A DNA stretch of 64,000 nucleotides from positions 310,001 through 374,000 of the forward strand of contig OZ176058.1 of NCBI GenBank assembly GCA_964247055.1, written 5' to 3'. Positions 13,225-26,300 of this stretch are shown one piece after another (the first letter of the stretch is position 1; each line of letters begins with the position of its first letter). The notes beneath the pieces are model-generated. The model saw only the letters and a list, made by a program, of their open reading frames with translations. It was not told where the DNA came from and did not search any database. Both the position numbers and the translations under genes were made by a program. The DNA is from Paragordius varius. Its lineage: Eukaryota; Animalia; Nematomorpha.

Positions 13225-14567
13225 TTAATCTTCTTTTTTGTCAGTTGGACAACTTTCTTCTGCCGGTTTAGAGTTTCCGCTAAAATCGCATTCATTCACG
13301 CGATCACCTGATTTTCTTGTCAGCTGTTTTTGGCGGCCATTTTGCTGCTGATTATTTATTCCAGATAATTCTCTTACAAATTGGAATTGAAGCAAAATAT
13401 ATTTCCAGATAATGTACCAACCTAAAAAAGTTTTTTTGTAAAAATTATTAAAAAATTAATTTAAAAAATGTTTAAAAAATATATAAATTAAATTATTTTT
13501 AAAATTTATATTTATAAAATTAATATTTTAAATATAAACTTCTTTTTAAAAAATAAAATAAAAAAAAATTAAAATTTTTAAATAATTTTAAAAATTAATA
13601 AAATAGTTTAAAATATTTATAAAATTATGAATTTTAAATAAAAAGTTGTAAAATTTGTATTAAAAAGTTAAAATAGTATTTTTAATTTTAAAAAATAAAA
13701 AAAAGAGTTTTATTTAAAAAAATATAAATTAAATTATTTTTTGAATATTTAAAAAAAGTTCTTAAAAAATTGTATAAAAAAGTCAAAAAAGTTTTATTTT
13801 AAAAAGGTTTTAAAATATTTAAAAAATTATGAATCTTTTAAAAAAATTTAAAAATATATATCATTTTGAAAAATTTTATATTTAAATAAAAAGTAAATAA
13901 AAAATTATCTAAATGAAAAAGTTTGAATAAAATCTATTTATGCGAAAATAATTATTATGATAATGATAATATAATAAATTTATGAAATATTTCATAATTT
14001 GAAAATAAAATATTGAAAATGTTTAAAAAATTATGAATCTCACCGAAAAATATATTAAAATAAATTTTAATTAAAAAATTAATAAATCTATATAAATTTA
14101 TACTAAAATAAATAAGTTTTTGAAAATATAGAATTATTAAAACATAAAAAAAATTATAAATATATTAAAAGTTATAGAAAATTTTAAGATGTTAAAATAA
14201 AATAGATTTAATATAATTTATAAAAAAAAAAGAAATAATTATAAAAATATCATAAATCACAAAAAATAAATATAGTTTTAAAATTAAAAAATATCAAAAA
14301 AATTAAAATAATTATATTTAAATATTTTATTATAAAAAAATATTTAAATGAATTTAAAGATTAATATATATATAAAAGTTTAATTAAAAAAAGAGGTCTT
14401 AAAAAATTAAAGATAAACCAATGCTTAATACAATTTAAAAATAACAATTTAAAAGTTAATTTAAAATAATTATACATACCCAAAGCTATAATAGCAAATA
14501 CCAAGACAATTAAAAGCAAACCAATAATCACAGTTGCAACAATTTGAAGAAATTCATTGATTTTCAT
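13225..14567 (-). CDS. SMIM13: Small integral membrane protein 13-like, 94 aa (exons 14480-14567, 13225-13421)
   Basis: MKINEFLQIVATVIIGLLLIVLVFAIIAL-G-WYIIWKYILLQFQFVRELSG... with a GTATGT donor and TAG acceptor in phase 1. An N-terminal TM helix followed by GWYxxWxxxLxxFxFxREL resembles SMIM13 as I recall it. Confidence 0.75.
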
Positions 14568-17500
14568 AAATTTCTTGGGATTTAAAAAAAATTGTACAGG
14601 ATTTTTAAAATGTTTTTAAAAAACGAGTTCAAATTTTTGAGGTGAATATGTTTTACATGTGTTACCTAATGTAGAAAAGCTATATGTTTTGATTTATAAA
14701 AAATTTATTTCAAATAAAAAAGAAAAAACCTAAATATATCTTAAAAACATAAATTATGAGATTTTTTGGCTTTTATTGATTATATTAGGATTTGTTTGGT
14801 GCCATTTATATTTGATATTATTAACATCAAAAAAATATTCAATCTTAAAAAGTTTACATTGTAGCTAAAGCCTAAATTATCATAGCATACCTTTATCACT
14901 TTACTACCATTTAATTTATTATATCCCAAAGTGATTTGAAATTTGAATATGATAAAAATTAACAAAGGTATTAAGCCGAATTCAAAAATTAGCTTTCTGT
15001 GGCCTTTTAGTAATTAATAAAACTATAGTTTGTCTAAAAATCAATCGGACTTTAGTAATAAAACTTATAGTAAACTAGGACCAAATAGTGAAATAAAACG
15101 GGAAAATGTTATAGTACAGTAAATATACCCTTCGAATTTTTCATTGATTTTTGACATATCGGGGACAAAGAAATTATTATAGGCTCTGTGTTAATTTTTC
15201 GCATTTATCTTTCATAATTCACCAATAAAATATTGCTTATGTTATTGATAGTTAAGAAATTCTTTATTGCAGACAAAGCTTAATAACCCTTCCTGATTTA
15301 TCGGGAAATAATTTAACAATAATAGAGAGAAACTAAAATTATACAAAATGTAAAGATAAAAAACATATTTTTTTAAAAAAACAACTATATTTTTTCAAAT
15401 TTAATTTATTTTTTAATAACTTATTGTTTAAGGTTGCAAAATAGGAATTTGATATTTAAATTGCTAATACACTCAATGATATCATTTTAAAGTGTAATCA
15501 CGTAGTTTAAGGAAGAAAAGTTAAGGTAAAAAAGGCCTGTCTTTGAGTAAAAAAATATTTGTCTTTTTATTTTTAAGATTTGTCCGTAAATTTCAATCTT
15601 AACTGTAAATAAACGATAACTTCAAAAATGTTTAAAATTTTAAACAGTTGAAGAATAGGCGTAAGTAAATCGGTTTAGAGTGTGTCATTAAAAAAATAGA
15701 TATGAGGTGCAAAAATGTCTTAAAATTCAAGACTTTTTGGGGTAGTTTTATACCCCAGGGCCATTTAAATTTATATATTTGAAAAATATAAATTCGGCTA
15801 AATTTAAAAATATGATTTCTTTAGTTTTTTAGGCGCATGATACAAAAACAAAAAAAGAAATTATAACAAACTCCTCATCTCATACTTTTTTGGCCTTTTT
15901 TTCTTTAATTTTTTTAACGCCAATTATGTAGACAAAAATAAATCTTAATATGGTTTAAAATTCTTAATTAATTTTAATACTACAGTAAACTCAATTTATA
16001 CGAATAAAGCGTTAAAACATAAAGACAAAGATTTTTCCATAAAAAGAACCATATTTGTTTAAATTTAAATATTATCAAGATGAATGAATTTTTTTACAAT
16101 TTAAAATATATAATTGATTATGTACCGATATATATCTCTATTTCATATTTTGCAATTTTTAACAATTATTCAATTTTTAAAACGAATCAGGATCTAAAAA
16201 GTATGGTTATCTTTTAAATAAAAAATATTGCCTTTATATTAAGTTTTGTCCGTACAATTTTCATTTTTTTTGTAAATTAAAATTTAGCATATTTTTTATA
16301 TATATAAAATTTCAATATCATAACTGTTAATTTCTGTTTTGAAGCTTTCTGAATTTGAGACTCTAGATATCATGTAAAAATTACAGTAAAAATTAAAATT
16401 ATACGGACGGACAAAACGTAAAAATATAAAAACAAATATTTTCTTTTCTAAAAGACAACCCCATATCTTGATTTTTAAAACCATAACTTATTGTTTTTAA
16501 TAGCAAAGTTTGAAATAGATATATATATATATAACTAACACAATATATTCAGTAATTTACGATTGTGTCTAAATAGCTTTTATGTGAAAAGTTTAAGAAT
16601 TTTAAAACGGTGCATTTTTTAAGTGTATATAAGGGTATTCATGTGCTATAATAACTGTAGATATTATATTATGCATCACGGCCCTTGATACAAGATATTA
16701 GTGTGGATAAGTTAAAGCCTTGAGAAATCCTAATAATTACAATAAAAACTGAAAATATAAGGACAAAGCGTAATAATAAAAAGACAAATACTTCTGAAAG
16801 ACAAGCATTCTTTTCAAACCTTAAATATTATTAATAAAAATCATTGTTTTAAACTGCAAAATAGTTAATAAAGATATATATTGGAAACATCATTTTTTTA
16901 CGATTGTAATTTAATGATTAAAAAAGAAACACTAAGGTTTAAAAAACGATGGTTGTTTTATAAAATTTAGCATTATATTTTCACATTTTGTCCGTATAAT
17001 TTTATTTTTTACTGTATCTATATAAAGTGAAAATGAAGTAAGAATTAAAAATATTAAAGCACAATCCATATTAAATGGTTAAATGGCACAAGACTGGAGC
17101 TCTTTAAAGTTTATTATAAAAGTTTTGTCAATTAATAAAATTCAAGCAGTTTATACGTTTTTGATAATAAATTATAACTGAGAATAAAAAATATTGTATG
17201 ATTAAAACAGTTTCTTTCAAGCATAAATATTAATACCTGGTAATTGTATCTATTTCAAAGATATTCTTTTTGAATCTTTGCAAATATTTCATTTTCTTAA
17301 CTCTAAAAAATCCTACCGTCATAAAACTGAATCAATATTTAATTCAATCAATGTATTTATACTTGAAATTTATTTTATTGGGTAGTTTATACATCAGGGA
17401 GCTCTGAGAATATAAATAACTAAAAAATGACTATGATATTATTTTAACTTAAAGTTATTCTATGACATTTTAAGCACATTATATTTTATATCAAATTAAA

Positions 17501-19350
17501 AAAGTGTGCTTTTTTATCTGAAAATTTAAGCTTTCATGGTATATATTTATTAATAGCCTAAAAATTTGGAAAAATCATAGCATGGTTTAAACTTCAGTCA
17601 AAACTTAAATTCTAAAATTTTATGGTTTTATGTTGATTTTTTATTATTTATCTAACTAGGGATGTTCAACTCAGATATCCGTGCGGGTTTCTTTGATAAT
17701 CTTCTTTTTTAATTTTAATTTAAACCCCATTTTAATATATATTTATTCAGAATATTAGGAAATTTTCGATTGAAATCCAATTTTGTATCTTATAAACATA
17801 GCGTGTTTGACATTTCTTATCTAGATTTTAGGTCTTTTGCAATAAAGTAATTATTAAAAACAAAAAGGTTAAGGTTTTATTTATATTACAAAAATACTCT
17901 TTGATACATAATTTAAACTTATATTTTCAATATATAAAAATTACCCTAAATTTTTCAAAGGCGTTTTTTATATAATTATATTGAAACATCTGTCCTCACT
18001 TCGATTCACGTTTTCTAGTAAAGTCTTTTGAAGCGATCATTAACTCAACACTATTTTATCTTTCCTACAAAAGCATATATTATAATAACTTCTGAAAAAT
18101 TATCAGGTAATTTTAGTTTTAATCTTCAAAAGTTTTTAGTTTTGAATTGCTTGTCTTAAAATGTCAAAATTTTAATTTGTTTTTGACATTTATAGTTTTT
18201 TGATTTTGATTTAGAATTAACTATTAATTCAAAATTTTAAAATTTCAATTTATTTTTACGATCTTTTATAAGGTGTGCTTTTTTTATGGATTAAAATTAT
18301 AAAACCAAATTTTTTGGAGATGATTTTATAATTTTTTCAACAAATTTCGCAATTATAAAACTGAGGACAAATTGTTTTTTTATTCAAAATAATTATAAGT
18401 TTTTAGGAATTAAAAATAATTTTTATATATTTTTTTTTTCTATTAAACATAAAAATATTATTTTCTACTAAAATAGGTTTAAGGATTTTGAAATAATTTC
18501 GAATCTAAATTTTAGCCTAAGTTTTTTTATTTTTAAAAAATATTGTTTATTTTAGGATTTTAATATACAAAAATTGATAATGAAAACGATTATTTGAAAT
18601 TGCCTAAAATTTATTTAATTTAAAATTTTTTTTATTTATAAAACATAAAAAATTAATTATAAAAGCTAGAGTTTATAACAAATACTTTTGTTGATAATTT
18701 ATTATATAAAATAATTTTTTGAAAAATAAAGAAAACAAATTTTAAATTATATATAAATATAAATTATATATTAGCTTTGTCATTTAAATTTAATTGGAAG
18801 AGAGCTTTTTGTGGTTTTAAAATATTTTTTTAATTTTAGTTATTTTTTGATTTTCTGGTTAGTTTTAATTAAAATTCCTAATTTTAATTAAAATAATTTT
18901 TGTTAATTTTGGTTTAAAATTGAGACTTGAAAACGTATTAACTTATATTTACAGTAAAAAAATTATACGGGTACCATTTAAAAATATAAAGACAATTATT
19001 TTTATCTAAGGACAATCAACCATACTTTTTTACATTTTAATTTTTATATCAATATAACTTTTGATTTTAATTGCAAAGTGTGAAATATATATATATATAA
19101 TCAGTTCTATATATTACAATTTTTGTTTTAAATGATTTTTATCGAATAAATTTAGGTTTTAAAAAGTATGGTTGTCTTTTACAAAAAAATATAGGTAAAT
19201 TTTTATATTTAAAAAACACTTAATTTATTTTAGGGTGAATTTGAATTGTTCAAGGGAGTGAATTTGAACTGTAAATGTTATATATATAATTATTTCCAAT
19301 AATAGTTTATCAGAATATTTTTAATATATAAAAATGTAATTATCTTTTGT

Positions 19351-20170
19351 AAACAGCTGATCTTAACACTGCCAAAAACATATGGCTAAATGGGGTTGTG
19401 GTGATCCGCGTTGGATAGTTGAGGAAAAAGAAATTATTTAATTATTATTAAATTAAAAAGTTTGTATTTAAATTTTTTACCCAAAATCAAAGGTTTAAAA
19501 AATTAGCTTATATATTGATTACTAAAAATTATAAAATATTATTTTTATATATAAAGTAATTACATTGAAACATAAGAAAAGTATATTTATACTTTATCAT
19601 ATTTTTGTAAAATCAGCTGATCTTAACACTGTCAAAAACATATGGCTAAATGGGGTTGTGGTGATCCACGGTGGATAGTTGAGGAAAGAAATAAAAAATA
19701 TAATTTAATAATTTTTGTATAAAATATTAATTTCAAATTTTTAATCCAAAATTAAAGGTTAAAATAATAGCTTATATATTGGATTCTTTATTTTAAAAAA
19801 AGTAATTATAATAAAAACATTAAAGTATTTTACTTTATCATTTAAAAAAAATCAGCTGATCTTAACACTGCCAAAAACATATGGCTAAATGGGGTTGTGG
19901 TGTAGTTGAGGAAAAAAATAAAAAATATAATTTACTCATTATTAAATTAAAAATTTTGATTTAAAATTTTTAATTCTAAAGGTAAAAAATTAGCTTATAT
20001 TTTTACTTTTGATTACTAAATATTATAAAATATTACTTTATTTAGGATGTAATTAATTACATTAAAAACATTAAAATATATTTTTCTATAAAATAAGCTG
20101 ATCTTAACACCGAGAAAAACATATGGCTAAATGGGGTTGTGGTGATCCACGTTGGATGTTGTAGAAATAA
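19351..20170 (+). repeat. Four upstream tandem copies of the AHA1 5'UTR + start codon + first 7-15 codons (about 240-260 bp period)
   Basis: CAGCTGATCTTAACACTG..AAAAACATATGGCTAAATGGGGTTGTGGTG... with ATGs at 19382, 19642, 19881 and 20123; the true ATG is at 20374. Confidence 0.95.
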
Positions 20171-20373
20171 AAAATATATTTTAATTTTTGTATAAAAAAG
20201 TTTAATTTAAATTTAAAATTAAAGGTTAAAAAAATTACCTTATATTTATTTGATTATTTAAATATAAAAAATATTCTTTATTTAGAAAGTAATTACATTA
20301 AAAACATTAAAGTATATTTTTACTCTATCATTTTTTTTGTAAAATCAGCTGATCTTAACACTGTCAAAAACAT

Positions 20374-23300
20374 ATGGCTAAATGGGGTTGTGGTGATCCG
20401 CGTTGGATAGTTGAGGAAAGAACCGATGCCAAAAATGTGAATAATTGGCATTGGACGGAAAAAGACGCGTCCAGCTGGTCAAAAATTCGTCTGCAAGAGC
20501 TGTTGTTAGATCGCGGCCATTTTGAAACGCCTGAAAGTATGTTTGTCTGCATTAAATGAATAAAAATTTTTAACATTTTTTTTTATTTTTTTTAAAAGTA
20601 GTTTTATTGAAAAATAGTATATATATATATATATATATAATTTATAATTTAAATTCAAATTTACCCTAAAATAAATTATGTTTTTTTAAAATTAAAAATT
20701 AGCTATATTTTTTAATATTTTTTTAAAAATGAAATTTTGTTTAAAATCATAAAATAATACTAATAAAATAATTAATTATGCGCCATAAAGATATATTTCA
20801 TAATTTTTAGGGTAGAATTATATTGTTTAAGGATAATTCGAATTTTTAAGGGGGTAAATTTGAATTTTCATATATATTTGAATTTTGATTATTTTTTTTA
20901 CATCAAAATTAACCAATTTTATTGTTCTATCAAAAAACCAATTTTAATTCCAAAACCAAAATTTATTTCCAATCAAATAAAATCTTTCAAATTATCCAAA
21001 ATTAAAATAAATCATTAACTTTTTTTATTTTAATATTAACAAAAAATTTTATTTCTAAGTTATCCAAAATTATTTTTATATCTTAATTAAAATAAATCTA
21101 ATAAACTTTTATTAGATTTTAAACCAACTTTTTAAAACCAAAATAACCATAATTATAAATTTCCTTGATTAACCAATTATAATTATTTAATATTATTTTT
21201 ATCTTAAACCAACTTTTTAAAATCATAATAACCAAAATTTATTTTCAATTTAATAAATTCTTCCAAACTACAAAATTATAAATTTAATTTACCTTTTTGA
21301 AACCAAAAAACCTAAACTATTTTATCAAAATTAACATAAATCAAATTATTATTTTTAGATCTTAAACCAACTTTTTAAAATTTAAAAAACCAAAATTATA
21401 AATTTAATCAACTTTTTAAAACCGAAATAACCAAAATTATAAATTTAATCAATTTTTATTTTAAAATTAAAAAACCAAAATTAAAATAACTAAAACTATT
21501 ATTTTTAAATTAACCAATTTTAATTTTCCTTTCTTTCTTTCCTAGTGGCAGCAAAAATCACGCACGTGACCAAGTGCGAAGGCGAAGCCACAGCCAATAA
21601 CAGGAAAGGAAAATTAATCTTTTTTTATGAATGGAACATTGTCGGCCGCTGGGCAGCTGCCGCATTCACAGCAACAGCTGATTTTGCAGACGCCAAAAAT
21701 GGCGGAAAAAGCACTAAAAAAGTTGTAGGAACTTTTGAAATTCTCAATCTGAGTGAAGAACATGAAAAGGCTGAAGATATAGATGTTGAAATCACGTTAG
21801 GACGAAAAAACGGGCAAAAATCAGGTGATGGCGTGAATGAAGACAACACAGCTGACGAGAGTGGAGGCGAGGAAACAGGTGAGCGGATCAGCTGTGATTT
21901 TGATTTTTTTAAAAAAATTTGAAATTGAATATTAATAAGATTTATTTAGATTCTTATATATGATTAGTTTTATTATTTTGGAGGCGAGGAAACAGGTGTG
22001 AGAATATCAGCTGTGATTTTAATTTCGATTTTTAAATTTTATTTTTTGAAATTGGACATTAATATGATTTAGTTTCTTAAATATGATTTTTTTTATTATT
22101 TAAATTTAAATAGTTTTATTTTAGATGATTTTTTGTACATAAAAACATATAGTTTTATATTATACGGAAAAAACAGTATAATAAATTGATAATAATGAAA
22201 AGGTATCGTAAAGAGGTAAAAATAATGGAAAATTATTAAAAATAAAAAAATAAAATTTTTGATACTTTTATAGTTAATGCAATAATTATTGGTTAAAATA
22301 TTAAATTTTATTATCATATATAATTAATTTGATAAACAATTATCTTTAAAAATTTGTTTTTTGATTAATAAGTTTTTCAAAACTAAAATTTTATTTCCAA
22401 AAATAAATAATTATCTCCAAAAATTTGTTTTTTTGATCAATGAATATTTTAAAACTAAAATTTTATTTCCAAAAATAAATATTTATCTATAAAAATTTGT
22501 TTTTTTGATCAATGAATATTTTAAAACTAAAATTTTATTTCCAAAAATAAATATTTATCTATAAAAATTTGTTTTTTTGATCAATGAATATTTTAAAACT
22601 AAAATTTTATTTTCCAAAAATAAATAATTATCTCCAAAAATTTGTTTTTTTGATCAATGAATATTTTAAAACTAAAATTTTATTTCCAAAAATAAATATT
22701 TATCTATAAAAATTTGTTTTTTTGATCAATGAATATTTTAAAACTAAAATTTTATTTCTAAAAATAAATAATTATCTCCAAAAATTTGTTTTTTTGATCA
22801 ATGAATATTTTAAAACTAAAATTTTATTTCCAAAAATAAATATTTATCTATAAAAATTTGTTTTTTTGATCAATGAATATTTTAAAACTAAAATTTTATT
22901 TTCCAAAAATAAATAATTATCTCCAAAAATTTGTTTTTTTGATCAATGAATATTTTAAAACTAAAATTTTATTTCCAAAAATAAATATTTATCTATAAAA
23001 ATTTGTTTTTTTGATCAATGAATATTTTAAAACTAAAATTTTATTTTCCAAAAATAAATAATTATCTCCAAAAATTTGTTTTTTTGATCAATGAATATTT
23101 TAAAACTAAAATTTTATTTCCAAAAATAAATATTTATCTATAAAAATTTGTTTTTTTGATCAATGAATATTTTAAAACTAAAATTTTATTTCTAAAAATA
23201 AATATTTATCTATAAAAATTTGTTTTTTTGATCAATGAATATTTTAAAACTAAAATTTTATTTCCAAAAATAAATATTTATCTATAAAAATTTGTTTTTT

Positions 23301-26300
23301 TGATCAATGAATATTTTAAAACTAAAATTTTATTTCCAAAAATAAATATTTATCTATAAAAATTTGTTTTTTTGATCAATGAATATTTTAAAACTAAAAT
23401 TTTATTTCCAAAAATAAATATTTATCTATAAAAATTTGTTTTTTTGATCAATGAATATTTTAAAACTAAAATTTTATTTTCCAAAAATAAATAATTATCT
23501 CCAAAAATTTGTTTTTTTGATCAATGAATATTTTAAAACTAAAATTTTATTTCTAAAAATAAATAATTATCTTTAAAAATTTGTTTTTTTGATCAATGAA
23601 TATTTTCAAACTAAAATTTTATTTCTAAAAATAAAAAATTATCTCTAAAAATTTGTTTTTTTGATCAATGAATATTTTCAAACTAAAATTTTATTTCTAA
23701 AAATAAAAAATTATCTCTAAAAATTTGTTTTTTTGATCAATGAATATTTTAAAACTAAAATTTTATTTCCAAAAATAAATATTTATCTATAAAAATTTGT
23801 TTTTTTGATCAATGAATATTTTAAAACTAAAATTTTATTTTCCAAAAATAAATAATTATCTCCAAAAATTTGTTTTTTTGATCAATGAATATTTTAAAAC
23901 TAAAATTTTATTTCCAAAAATAAATATTTATCTATAAAAATTTGTTTTTTTGATCAATGAATATTTTAAAACTAAAATTTTATTTCTAAAAATAAATAAT
24001 TATCTCCAAAAATTTGTTTTTTTGATCAATGAATATTTTAAAACTAAAATTTTATTTCTAAAAATAAATAATTATCTTTAAAAATTTGTTTTTTTGATCA
24101 ATGAATATTTTAAAACTAAAATTTTATTTTCCAAAAATAAATATTTATCTATAAAAATTTGTTTTTTTGATCAATGAATATTTTAAAACTAAAATTTTAT
24201 TTCTAAAAATAAATAATTATCTCCAAAAATTTGTTTTTTTGATCAATGAATATTTTAAAACTAAAATTTTATTTCTAAAAATAAATAATTATCTCCAAAA
24301 ATTTGTTTTTTTGATCAATGAATATTTTAAAACTAAAATTTTATTTTCCAAAAATAAATATTTATCTATAAAAATTTGTTTTTTTGATCAATGAATATTT
24401 TAAAACTAAAATTTTATTTCTAAAAATAAATAATTATCTCCAAAAATTTGTTTTTTTGATCAATGAATATTTTAAAACTAAAATTTTATTTCCAAAAATA
24501 AATATTTATCTATAAAAATTTGTTTTTTTGATCAATGAATATTTTAAAACTAAAATTTTATTTCTAAAAATAAATAATTATCTCCAAAAATTTGTTTTTT
24601 TGATCAATGAATATTTTAAAACTAAAATTTTATTTCCAAAAATAAATAATTATCTTTAAAAATTTGTTTTTTTGATCAATGAATATTTTAAAACTAAAAT
24701 TTTATTTCTAAAAATAAATAATTATCTCCAAAAATTTGTTTTTTTGATCAATGAATATTTTAAAACTAAAATTTTATTTCCAAAAATAAATATTTATCTA
24801 TAAAAATTTGTTTTTTTGATCAATGAATATTTTAAAACTAAAATTTTATTTCTAAAAATAAATAATTATCTCCAAAAATTTGTTTTTTTGATCAATGAAT
24901 ATTTTAAAACTAAAATTTTATTTCCAAAAATAAATATTTATCTATAAAAATTTGTTTTTTTAATCAATGAATATTTTAAAACTAAAATTTTATTTCTAAA
25001 AATAAATAATTATCTTCAAAAATTTGTTTTTTTGATCAATGAATATTTTAAAACTAAAATTTTATTTCCAAAAATAAATAATTATTTCCAAAAATTTTTT
25101 TTTTTATCAATGAATATTTTAAAACTAAAATTTTATTTCTAAAAATAAAAATAATTATCTTTAAAAATTTGTTTTTTTGATCAATGAATATTTTAAAACT
25201 AAAATTTTATTTCCAAAAATAAATAATTATCTCCAAAAAATTTTTTTTTTTATCAATGAATATTTTAAAACTAATATTTTATTTCTAAAAATAAAAATAA
25301 TTATCTTTAAAAATTTGTTTTTTTGATCAATGAATATTTTAAAACTAAAATTTTATTTCTAAAAATAAATAATTATCTCTAAAAATTTGTTTTTTTGATC
25401 AATGAATATTTTAAAACTAAAATTTTATTTTCAAAAATAAATAATTATCTTTAAAAATTTGTTTTTTTGATCAATGAATATTTTAAAACTAAAATTTTAT
25501 TTCTAAAAATAAATAATTATCTCCAAAAATTTGTTTTTTTGATCAATGAATATTTTAAAACTAAAATTTTATTTCCAAAAATAAATAATTATCTCTAAAA
25601 ATTTGTTTTTTTGATCAATGAATATTTTAAAACTAAAATTTTATTTCCAAAAATAAATATTTATCTATAAAAATTTGTTTTTTTGATCAATGAATATTTT
25701 AAAACTAAAATTTTATTTCTAAAAATAAATAATTATCTCCAAAAATTTGTTTTTTTGATCAATGAATATTTTAAAACTAAAATTTTATTTCCAAAAATAA
25801 ATATTTATCTATAAAAATTTGTTTTTTTAATCAATGAATATTTTAAAACTAAAATTTTATTTCTAAAAATAAATAATTATCTTCAAAAATTTGTTTTTTT
25901 GATCAATGAATATTTTAAAACTAAAATTTTATTTCCAAAAATAAATAATTATTTCCAAAAATTTTTTTTTTTATCAATGAATATTTTAAAACTAAAATTT
26001 TATTTCTAAAAATAAAAATAATTATCTTTAAAAATTTGTTTTTTTGATCAATGAATATTTTAAAACTAAAATTTTATTTCCAAAAATAAATAATTATCTC
26101 CAAAAAATTTTTTTTTTTATCAATGAATATTTTAAAACTAATATTTTATTTCTAAAAATAAAAATAATTATCTTTAAAAATTTGTTTTTTTGATCAATGA
26201 ATATTTTAAAACTAAAATTTTATTTCTAAAAATAAATAATTATCTCTAAAAATTTGTTTTTTTGATCAATGAATATTTTAAAACTAAAATTTTATTTTCA

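Larger units (their letters stand above)
1..13450. repeat. Tandem segmental duplication (about 1-4650 vs about 5400-13450) of the convergent NDUFB5/SMIM13 3' halves
   Basis: Collinear matches 570/5953, 2031/7314, 3855/12600, 4065/12795 and 4426/13225, plus shared intron text (e.g. 1170-1720 vs 6625-7140). The junction lies at about 4625-4830. Confidence 0.9.

Noticed and set aside
17650-18130. Possible decayed transposase (TAGGGATG start, CQTRY-like peptide on the minus strand)
   Set aside because: Multiple stops in all frames, no recognisable catalytic motif, and no matching second terminus found.
24167-24394. 75-aa ORF
   Set aside because: Chance read-through of the 72-bp satellite.
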